IMG/VR virus record: IMGVR_UViG_3300036846_000743
Span: 62,001-126,000 of that record
Reading direction: 5' to 3' (one strand)
Length of the DNA stretch: 64,000 nucleotides
Both the position numbers and the translations under genes were made by a program. Below are positions 54,389-62,800 of the stretch, in pieces. The notes under the pieces are model-generated. The model saw nothing but the letters and a program-made list of their open reading frames with translations, ran no database searches and was not told the DNA's origin. Numbering within the stretch: the stretch's first letter is position 1; each line of letters begins with the position of its first letter.

Positions 54389-56365
54389 TCAACTGCCGCC
54401 ACGCCAGGTAGCAGCGCCTCCGTGGACCGGCATTTTGAGTCGGTCCACTGATGCATCATGACCATCCAGGTCGTCGTTGTCGACATCCCAGGATCCGTCG
54501 TCAGGATCCCAACCCTTGGTCAGGCCCTGCCGCCCGAAGTGAGTGCGCTCGGCCAGCGCGGGCACGTAGCTCGTACCGGCAACGTCACTGGTAGCGCCCC
54601 GATGCGCCGCCTGCAACGTGGCCTTCTCAAGGCCGGACCCCAGATGCCGGGTCATGAAGTCGGGATCATGCTGGAGGTTGTACATGCCCCGGACCATCAT
54701 GGGTTCGAAGGGCGGCGGCTCGTCATGGACTTCCAGATTGTTCACTCCGAACTCCCTGAGTTCGGGAAGCATCCCCTGGCGGACCTTGGTGCCTATGGTG
54801 TGATGCAGGACCGGACGCTCGAGATACTTGCCCACAGCCGATGGCAGCTCGACCACACGGGACCCTTCCCGGGGACGCCAGTTGTTCTCGACGTGTGAGT
54901 ACGGCACCACGTCATCCTCCACGTGATCACCGAATTCGTCCGTGACCCGAACGTGATCGATCAGGCCGCGGGCCAGCAACTCGACATTGCGCCGGTGGCT
55001 GCTCATGCCCGAGTTACGATAGGCGTCTCCGAATGCCCCGACGAAATACCGGCGGCCCTCGCCAATGCCTTTGTGCCGAACGACTTCGGCAGGGTTGGGT
55101 ATCCCGTCCGAGAGCACGTCGCCAGCCTCGACACTATCGCCGATCTCGACCTTCGGGTCCATACCGGCGGGGACGTAGTGCTGCTCGGATCCGACCATGA
55201 CGTACTTGCCGCCCTGGGGAGCGTCAGTGATCGCCGAGACCTTGCCGTCGAGCTGAGCATGCGTGGCCCCGCCCTTGAAGGTCTTGGGCACCTGAATTAA
55301 CTGGTTGATATGGGCAAACCCAGAGACGGCTTTGTCGGCCCCGGCGACGCCGCCGGTATGCCGGGCCGAAAGCTGGCCCTGGGAGAGCTTCTCCGAAACG
55401 GCCTGCGCAGCAGCCAGGCCCACGTAGTCGCCCAGCGGGGGTAAACCGCCCCGCTCCCGGATGCCGACATCCCGGGCATAGACGCCTCCCTGGGGCGGCC
55501 CGCCAATCATGGGCGATCGGACCAGGATACGACCATGCCCCTGAGCCTGGAGGTCCTTGAGGACCTTGGGCGTCAGGGTCGTATTTCGCTTGTAGGGGCC
55601 GATGGGGCGAGCCAGCAGGGCACCTTCGTTATCGGGATCATCGGTCGCGACTGGCAGGCCGCGCACCGAGGTCGTATCGTCAGGGCCGTCGTGATCGGTC
55701 ACGATCAGACGGTGCACGACCTGGTTGAGCTGCTTGCTCAGGAAGCCAGCGTCCTGGGTGGCAAACTTGGTCGAGACAACGCCCTTGCGAGCACCGAAGG
55801 CACCGGCCCAGTACTCGGCAGGCGAAAGACCATGAGGGTACGAGTTCAGGACAGGGATCGGGATCGGCCGGTCGTGATGATCGACGTACATCAGGTCGGA
55901 GCCCATGAAAGACTTCAGGTTCGTCTTGCTGCCCCGCGCGCCTGAGAGCACCTGGCGGACAAACGGATTGTCAGCCGCCTTGGCCTCGTCGAAGATCGCG
56001 TTCTCCATGTGATCACGGTACTTGTCCACCGCGGCAACGATCGCCTGCTCTTTTTGGTCGTCAGTTGTCCGGGTGTTGGCCTGGATCATCTGGACTTCGC
56101 GGCGAATCTGTTCCTTGATCCGCTCGCCAGTCTTGCTGGGCCGCATGTCTTCCAGAGCGACCGAGAAGCCGCCGGTGGAATATGCTACATCACGACCAAC
56201 GTCAGAAAGCCGCTTGGCAACGTCGCGGTAGATCTCGGGGCGGCGCTCGGCGATGTCCTGGAAAAGTTGCCTGATACCTTTGGCGTCGAGAACGCGATTG
56301 TAGTCTTTGAGTTCAGGCGGTAAACTTTCGTTCACCATCAAATTCCCTAGAGTTGTCCGGAGCAT
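54389..56365 (-). CDS. rpoC: RNA polymerase beta' subunit, C-terminal part
   Basis: SGARG; bridge helix EYWAGAFGARKGVVSTKFATQDAGFLSKQL; trigger loop AAQAVSEKLSQGQLSARHTGG; RRNVELLARGL. Start 56365 (or 56392). Confidence 0.92.
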   Translation of the reverse strand: MLRTTLGNLMVNESLPPELKDYNRVLDAKGIRQLFQDIAERRPEIYRDVAKRLSDVGRDVAYSTGGFSVALEDMRPSKTGERIKEQIRREVQMIQANTRTTDDQKEQAIVAAVDKYRDHMENAIFDEAKAADNPFVRQVLSGARGSKTNLKSFMGSDLMYVDHHDRPIPIPVLNSYPHGLSPAEYWAGAFGARKGVVSTKFATQDAGFLSKQLNQVVHRLIVTDHDGPDDTTSVRGLPVATDDPDNEGALLARPIGPYKRNTTLTPKVLKDLQAQGHGRILVRSPMIGGPPQGGVYARDVGIRERGGLPPLGDYVGLAAAQAVSEKLSQGQLSARHTGGVAGADKAVSGFAHINQLIQVPKTFKGGATHAQLDGKVSAITDAPQGGKYVMVGSEQHYVPAGMDPKVEIGDSVEAGDVLSDGIPNPAEVVRHKGIGEGRRYFVGAFGDAYRNSGMSSHRRNVELLARGLIDHVRVTDEFGDHVEDDVVPYSHVENNWRPREGSRVVELPSAVGKYLERPVLHHTIGTKVRQGMLPELREFGVNNLEVHDEPPPFEPMMVRGMYNLQHDPDFMTRHLGSGLEKATLQAAHRGATSDVAGTSYVPALAERTHFGRQGLTKGWDPDDGSWDVDNDDLDGHDASVDRLKMPVHGGAATWRGGS

Positions 56366-56401
56366 GGCAACGTCACACCCCCGCTTCACCATACGCTTTC
56401 G

Positions 56402-56656
56402 TCAGACTTGCCAGTCGTAGTCCTTGACGCCGTTAGGCTTGATCGTGTCGATCTGGACCCGGTCGAGGCCGAGATTGGCCAGGATGCGGTTGAAGTGCGG
56501 GTCCCTGGCGTGCGCCGCCGTGACATGCGTTCCGTTGGTATCGCCCACCCATTCCACGACCACGGCCAGCGGGGTCCCGTCACCGCTCTTGACGACCACG
56601 CGGGTGGCCGGGATCACCAGCGGATTGCCCAGGCCGTCGAGGATCTCCAGGATCAT
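56402..56656 (-). CDS. Hypothetical protein (84 aa)
   Basis: ATGA-coupled to the upstream gene. Confidence 0.65.
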   Translation of the reverse strand: MILEILDGLGNPLVIPATRVVVKSGDGTPLAVVVEWVGDTNGTHVTAAHARDPHFNRILANLGLDRVQIDTIKPNGVKDYDWQV

Positions 56657-57456
56657 GCATCACCACTTTTGAGCGATCGGGACAGGGCAGCCAGGGCGCC
56701 CGCCTTGCTGCGAACCGTACGTAATTCATCGAGCGTGTACTCATTACCGACATCGAACGACTGGCGGCGATGATCCTCGCCGAGAATTCTGGAGATCCCT
56801 TGAACACCCGAACCCGCTCTGACCGAGGCCGCCTTGGCGCCGCCGCCAATGGGGCCCTGGTCGGGAGTCAGCGGCGGAATTGGGCCAGGACCAGCCCCGC
56901 CACCCGGAGGCGCACCGCCGCCCGGAGGCGCGCCGCCGCCCGGAGGCATACCGCCTGGTCCCGGCATGGTGGTACCACCACCGCCAGGTGCTGCCTGCTC
57001 CGCCTGTGCCTGTTGCTGCATCATCGGATCAGGCGGCGGACCGACCACGATCGATGGCGGCACCTGGACGTTCAGGGCCTCGCAGACCTTCACGAGCAGG
57101 AACTGGATCGTCCAGAGCTTGGTGTCCAGTAATTGCTGCTCGGCCTTCTTGCCGCCACCCTTGCCAGCAGGCCCGCCGGCCATGCCGCCGGCGCCTTGAG
57201 CTGCCTGGGTGATCTGGGCCAGCGTCGCCGGATCGAGCGGTCCTGGAGGCGGAGCTGGTGCTCCACCCATAGCACCGCCCCCGCCGGCCATCGCGGCTGG
57301 ATCCGGCATGGGCGGCGGAGCGCCGCCAGCCATTGCGCCCGGATCAGGGGGCTGCGCGACCTTCTCGAACTCGTTGTTGTCCAGTACGTCGTTGTCGACC
57401 CGCCATCGTGCTACTGCCCGCAGGTGTGGATTGATGAGCGGAAGTGTCGCTGACAT
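56653..57456 (-). CDS. Pro/Gly/Ala-rich hypothetical protein (267 aa)
   Basis: Low-complexity PPGGG repeats; EKVAQ and AKAAS motifs. Confidence 0.65.
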   Translation of the reverse strand: MSATLPLINPHLRAVARWRVDNDVLDNNEFEKVAQPPDPGAMAGGAPPPMPDPAAMAGGGGAMGGAPAPPPGPLDPATLAQITQAAQGAGGMAGGPAGKGGGKKAEQQLLDTKLWTIQFLLVKVCEALNVQVPPSIVVGPPPDPMMQQQAQAEQAAPGGGGTTMPGPGGMPPGGGAPPGGGAPPGGGAGPGPIPPLTPDQGPIGGGAKAASVRAGSGVQGISRILGEDHRRQSFDVGNEYTLDELRTVRSKAGALAALSRSLKSGDA

Positions 57457-57648
57457 GGTTCACCGTCCCTGATGAGTGGGTTCCCGGTCCCTGAGTCGAC
57501 AGCCGGCTTCACGCCGTCATCTTAACGCGAGTCAGCCTTCCCGAGCAACGCAGCGGCTAAAGTTCGCCGCTGTTCCCGTCATATACCAATGCAAGACGCC
57601 TGGTTGTCAGGCATCCCGATCTGTCCATCACGATGAAAGGGTTTTCTG

Positions 57649-57747
57649 ATGGGAACTGTTCTGTTCTGGCTCTTCGTGCTCTTTTGTCTTGCAGCCGCAG
57701 GACGTAGCGCTTGCAGCTGTACCAATCACTATCACTACCGGAGGTGA
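57649..57747 (+). CDS. Possible 32-aa hydrophobic peptide MGTVLFWLFVLFCLAAAGRSACSCTNHYHYRR (antisense to the operon)
   Basis: GAAAGG upstream; one TM/signal-like segment; followed by hairpins and a U-tract on the + strand. Confidence 0.4.
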   Translation: MGTVLFWLFVLFCLAAAGRSACSCTNHYHYRR

Positions 57748-57756
57748 TCGACCCGC

Positions 57757-57821
57757 CGGAAAGCTAACCCACCCTAGCTTTCCGATGGGTCGGAAGACCC
57801 GTCGGACTGTCTTTTCTTTTT
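57757..57821 (+). terminator. Two adjacent hairpins followed by a T-rich tract (intrinsic terminator-like on +)
   Basis: CGGAAAGCTA-8nt-TAGCTTTCCG (57757-57784) overlaps TCCGATGGGTC-GGAA-GACCCGTCGGA (57781-57806); then CTGTCTTTTCTTTTT. Confidence 0.6.
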
Positions 57822-57826
57822 AGCTA

Positions 57827-59815
57827 TCAGCGATCCATAACGATCTCGACGGGCTGATCTGCGCTAATATCACCCCGCCGGTAAGCCGCCAGGGCATCGG
57901 CCTTGGTAGCGAAAGTCCGCGGTCGCTTACCGGACCGTCCGGCCGTGGCCGCGTAGAGCCCGGCGGCGTATTCGCGGCTCGGAAGTTGATGCGCTTTGAA
58001 AGATGCTGCCGCAAGCAGGTTCCGGCTGGGAAGCATCTTCTCATAAGCGTCCCTGACCGCTTCCTTGGTAACCGGGACGTGGTACTGCATGGCGTCGCCA
58101 TCGAAGTCAGCGCCGAAGCCGGTGACGATCATGGGCGACACGTGCAGGGTCTCGCCCTGCTCGAGCCTCGGGCGGAAAGCCATGATCCCGTACCGGTGCA
58201 GGACTGGTGCTCTGTTGATGATCACCGGCCGGGAGTCCATCTCGTGCATCATCTCGGCGCGCGCCGACGGCTTACGCTCCTTGACCGCCCTGACGGCATC
58301 GATACGAGCCATGCCGCGCTGAACTAACCGGCGAACGATAAAAGGCTGGTAGACATCCCAGGCCCGGTTCTCCGGCAGGCCGACCTGATCCATGTCCAGA
58401 TCGGGATTGGGCACTATAGTCGCTCGACCCACCAGGTCCGTGGCGCTGGAGAGCAGCTTGCGCTGGACCATGCCCGTCTTGGGGCTATTCCCGAAAACCT
58501 GCTTGAGCACGCCCCGGACCCCTCGCTCCTGGTTCTTGGGATGAAGCGGATCACCGAGGCCAGTCACAGCCTTCAGGGTCTGGTAAGCAGCCAGCCGCTC
58601 CTCCGAGACGTCGTTGACCTTGGTCTTCATGTCCCGGAGGTTATCACGAGCATCGATCAGTTCTTTGTAAAGATAATTGGCATCAGCCACCATGGGCAGC
58701 TTGGAGCCAGCCATCGTCGAGACCGGCCGGAACATAGGGGGCAGCACAGGGGCTTTATCGAGCATCCAGTCCCTGGGATGCAGCCCGGCTTTCTGGGCAC
58801 CCTTCAGGTAGCCCAGCTTGCGCACGGCCGTATCACGGGCACCCTTACGTCCTGAGCGAATATCAGCTCGGGCCTGGTTGATGGCCTGATCGAGCTTGAT
58901 CCCATCCAGCGCCTTCGAGATCGCTTCGGAGCCCGTCCGGCCATTGAGTTCCTCCTTGCCGGACAGCACGGACAGGAACTTCTTCTCGGTCATGCCCAGC
59001 ATCCGCCGGATCGGTTCTTCCATCGCTGGGTTGGGTAAGGGCTCGGCCAGCTTAATATGCGCCCACCTGTTTCCCCCGTGACCACCGGTCAAGGCTTCGT
59101 CGAACAAGCCTCCTTTCAGGGGCTTCAGGCCCTCTTTCCAGTCGACCGTGTCGCCGTGGGTGATCTCGCGGTCGCCAGATAATTCATCGACATCTTTCCC
59201 TGAAAGAGCCATCGCATTCAGCCTGGTACCTTGGCGGACGACGTTAATTCCGCCGGCCTTGAGCATGTTGATGAACTTGTCATAGACCATGGGCGTCTTG
59301 GGCGTCGGCAGCGGCCGGCCGGACATGAACTGCGCCCAGAATTCGGGATGCTGCTGGCCCCGAACGGCACCAGCATCACGAAGCACTTCGGTAGCTCCAT
59401 GCGAGAGCAGCGCGTTCACGTCCATGAGTGATATTCTCTTGGAGCCGGCTTCGCCGCCACGTGCTGGGGCCCCCTCGGCCGTGTAGCCGCCGGTGCCGCG
59501 GCCCTGGCCCTTGGATTCGCTGGTGTGGTGAAGTTTCATGAACCAGCGGTTGCCCGTAAGTATGCGCGGGATATCGCGCCCGGCGACCGGATCCTTGATC
59601 GTCTCGGCCGATGTCATGCCATGCCGGGCCAGCTCCTGGATGGCCCATTCGTTGTAGTCCCGGCCGTCGAAGTCAGGAACACGATAGGGCCTGCCGGTCT
59701 TCTCGGCAATCTTGCCCAGAGCGGCCTCGATGCTCTGGGCCGGGTTCGTGCGGGTGATCACACCTAAAGGATTCAACAATACTTCATACGGCCGACCTTT
59801 CATATCTTGTGGCAT
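57827..59815 (-). CDS. rpoC: Fused RNA polymerase beta C-terminus + beta' N-terminal (catalytic) part; conserved coding extends upstream to 59857 without a start codon
   Basis: beta: MPQD...VLLNPLGVITRTNPAQ, MKLHH...KGQGR, KRISLMDVNALLSHGA. beta': GGLFD, VLPPMFRP, DLVGRATIVPNPDLDMDQVGLP, NRAPVLHR, GADFDGD at 58094-58114. Confidence 0.93.
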   Translation of the reverse strand: MPQDMKGRPYEVLLNPLGVITRTNPAQSIEAALGKIAEKTGRPYRVPDFDGRDYNEWAIQELARHGMTSAETIKDPVAGRDIPRILTGNRWFMKLHHTSESKGQGRGTGGYTAEGAPARGGEAGSKRISLMDVNALLSHGATEVLRDAGAVRGQQHPEFWAQFMSGRPLPTPKTPMVYDKFINMLKAGGINVVRQGTRLNAMALSGKDVDELSGDREITHGDTVDWKEGLKPLKGGLFDEALTGGHGGNRWAHIKLAEPLPNPAMEEPIRRMLGMTEKKFLSVLSGKEELNGRTGSEAISKALDGIKLDQAINQARADIRSGRKGARDTAVRKLGYLKGAQKAGLHPRDWMLDKAPVLPPMFRPVSTMAGSKLPMVADANYLYKELIDARDNLRDMKTKVNDVSEERLAAYQTLKAVTGLGDPLHPKNQERGVRGVLKQVFGNSPKTGMVQRKLLSSATDLVGRATIVPNPDLDMDQVGLPENRAWDVYQPFIVRRLVQRGMARIDAVRAVKERKPSARAEMMHEMDSRPVIINRAPVLHRYGIMAFRPRLEQGETLHVSPMIVTGFGADFDGDAMQYHVPVTKEAVRDAYEKMLPSRNLLAAASFKAHQLPSREYAAGLYAATAGRSGKRPRTFATKADALAAYRRGDISADQPVEIVMDR

Positions 59816-59858
59816 CTCATGATCAGGAATGATTGCGGAAACTACGCCTTTATCGCCT

Positions 59859-62800
59859 TCAACCGTACCGGCCGCTGTTCAGCGACCAGTACGTTTTGTC
59901 CTCTCTTTTGCAGTAGACGATATGGTTGGGGACTGTGACGCAGTAAACGTCACCCGAATAGTCGACCATCCTTTCTTCGTTCGCCTCGTAGATCCCGATC
60001 CGGCCATGTTTGAACCAAGGACGCAAATGCTTCCGATTGACACGACCCCGCCAATGCGGCTGTTTCTGCCAGTTATCCGTCCGCTCCGTCCGTTTGAGCG
60101 TCACGGCCCAGCCTAGTTTCAAGCAAATGATCTGGATATCGACAGCTAGCTGTTCAGACGAAGAACCGTATTCCCATGCATCGCCTTGATGACCATCGCC
60201 GGCCATGTAAGCGTCAAAGAAAATGCGGAGCTGCCGCGGGCACAACTCCTGAACGTAGTCTGGAATGTACTTGGTATAGCTATCGCCTAACAGCGCCAGA
60301 ACCCCGTAGAGCCATTTGCTGGTAATCTCGAACCGCTGATCGTCGCTATTGTAGGTGAAACGAATCCCTAGCCGAACTAGGCTATCGTAGATCGCTTGCC
60401 AGTGCGGTGAGTTACGGAACTGGGCAATCTTCACCTTGAAGCTACCATTGGCCTTATTGTAGTCGCACCAACCTTCAGCCAAGTAATAGCCCAGAAACTC
60501 GAGCCAGTCGTCCATTCGGACCTGCTCATAATACTGCTCGCGCGATGTGTATTGCGCGTATGGCTCGAACTTGATCCATTCTTGCTCGATGCCAATCCAG
60601 CGGCAGTCTTTCTTGAAATTCCATTCGCCTTTCGACTCGTAAAATGCCTGTGCCGTGATCGGCTGATAGGACTTGCCTGGCCGTGCTACCCAGAGTCGGT
60701 GCTCGGGCGTGACCAGCATGTTGATGTGCTTGGTGTTCAGGTAGTACATCAATCCATCATGACGATACCGATGCAGATGAGTCGGCTGCTGATATTCCAG
60801 CGCATCCGTCTCAGGGTTGAGAGTTGTCAGCTCGTCATCGGTCACAACCTCCGCAACCGGTTTCCAACCCCGACGGGTCAGAAGCCAGGTCGCCGGGTCG
60901 TAGCACATCTTGTCGCCGACTTCCATGGGGTTCAGGCTCTTGACCGAGACCACGATACCCTTGGGCGTCTTCTCGACGTCGGTAACTTCGCCAGGTGCAT
61001 GATGGTTCCAGGTCTCAGAGTGATCGGCCCACGCCGCTTGCCGGCCCCGGGAGAGCGACCCGTGGGTCCGCTCGCGTTCCTTGACGGCCAGGATCAGCGG
61101 ATCGCCGTGATTGACGATCGTGCCCGGCCTGACCACGCCCTCGTCGTCAATGGTATCAAGCATCTTGCGGTCGAATACACCTGGAAAAGTCGCGATGTGG
61201 GCGCTCTTGCCCGGCTTGACCTCGCCGTCGTGCTCGAGCGAGTGCTGATACATGTGCTCCGAGGAGAACCGCTTGGCCATCGCCTCGCTGATGACGATCG
61301 CGTCCTCGAAGTTCAGGCCGCGGAAGGGGATGTAGGCCGTGCGGGCGTTCTGACCCAGGGCCGATACACCGTGTTCGTCGGTGTAGTTGGACCTGGCCAG
61401 CAGGCTGCCGGCAGCGATCCGGTCGCCAGGCTTGACTACCGGAGTCTGGTGAATATAGGTTTTCCGGTTGTAAGGATAGTTCACGTAAAGCTCGTGCTCG
61501 CGGGGCTTGCCGTCGTCGCCCTGGACGGTGATCTTGCCGTCCTCCACCCTGGTGACGATACCGGGAGCGTCACTGTGCATGGCGCCGAAATGCCGGCCAT
61601 AGCGGGACTCGTAACTGTCACCCTGGCTCCCCCTGACGCCGGCCTGCACCAGCGGGGCCTGGGGATCCTTCACCGGCAGGGCCTGGGTGATCATGCGGCC
61701 GGCCATGACCTCACGCTGCCCCTTGACGGTCGACTTCATCGGCACCAGGTTCGAGATCGAGCTGAAGGCATCGTCCATGTTGGGCAGCTCGTACTGGACC
61801 TGGTTCCGCGGCACGTCGCGGGTCTTGCCGCCGGCCAGCGCCGAGACGTAGGGCTTGACCGTCTGTAGCTCGCCCGGAAAGGCAATCACCGAGTCGGTCA
61901 GGTCCTGCGCGCTGCGGTGTTCGAGCCGGCCAGTACGCACGTTGCGAAACGGCGCGTAGAGCCGGCCGTCGGCCCCCTTGAATGTCCCCTGGGCCACACG
62001 GCCGTCGACACCGGCATGAAAGCTCTCCGGGGTGACCAGGGGATCGATCAGGCCGAAGTGCGACGGCTGAACGTTGCGAGCTTCGGCGGGGATTGCATCA
62101 AGCGAAGGAATCCCTCCAGTGCCCAGCCGGCTGACCCGGGCCTGCTGGTCGAAGATCATGGCCGGGTTAATTCCCTCGGTGGGCTGGCCCAGGCCGCTGG
62201 ACTGGATAGCGGCGTTGATATTCCGGGTCAGTAACTCGGCCGGGATGTGCTTGAGGCTCCCGGTCATGGACGCTTTCCAGAGGACCTTGCCCAGAAGCAT
62301 GCGGTCCTTGCCGACCCGCTCGGATAACAGATCTTCGGGACCCATGGCGTACATGTAGGCCAGGTGATCACGGTCATCGGGTTCTGCTTCTTGTTTGTTT
62401 ATCGCAGCCAGTTTCCTGGTGGTATCCAGCATCTGATCCAGCGAGACCTTGTCGTACGGCTTACCGAGGGTCCGCCTGGTGACCTCTGGGTCGAGCTTCA
62501 TGGCCTCGAACGCTTCGCGGACTTCCTGCTCCTGGGTCTTGGTCGGATCAGGTTTGCGAACCAACCGGCTATGCAGCTTACCGATGACCGATGGATCATC
62601 CTTGAGCATGTTGGGCTGGTAGAGATCACCCCAGGCTTCGCGAAGCTGCTTGTCGCTGGCCCCCATGGCATGGAGCAAGGACGTCAAGGGCATCTTGGAC
62701 TGACCGACTTTGAGGCGGAACACGCCGGTCTCGGGCTCCATGAAGATCCGGTGCGCGGCACCCTGGCCGGGCATGACGTTCACATGGGCTTCGAGTTCGC

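Noticed and set aside
59857-59863. The 7-nt insert can be written GTTGAAG (GT...AG), like an intron
   Set aside because: Far too short for any spliceosomal or self-splicing intron; coincidence.
59847-59864. Stop-codon reassignment or plain UGA readthrough to explain the beta break
   Set aside because: In-frame readthrough meets TAA two codons later and does not give DKGVVS. TGA, TAA and TAG all end other genes normally.
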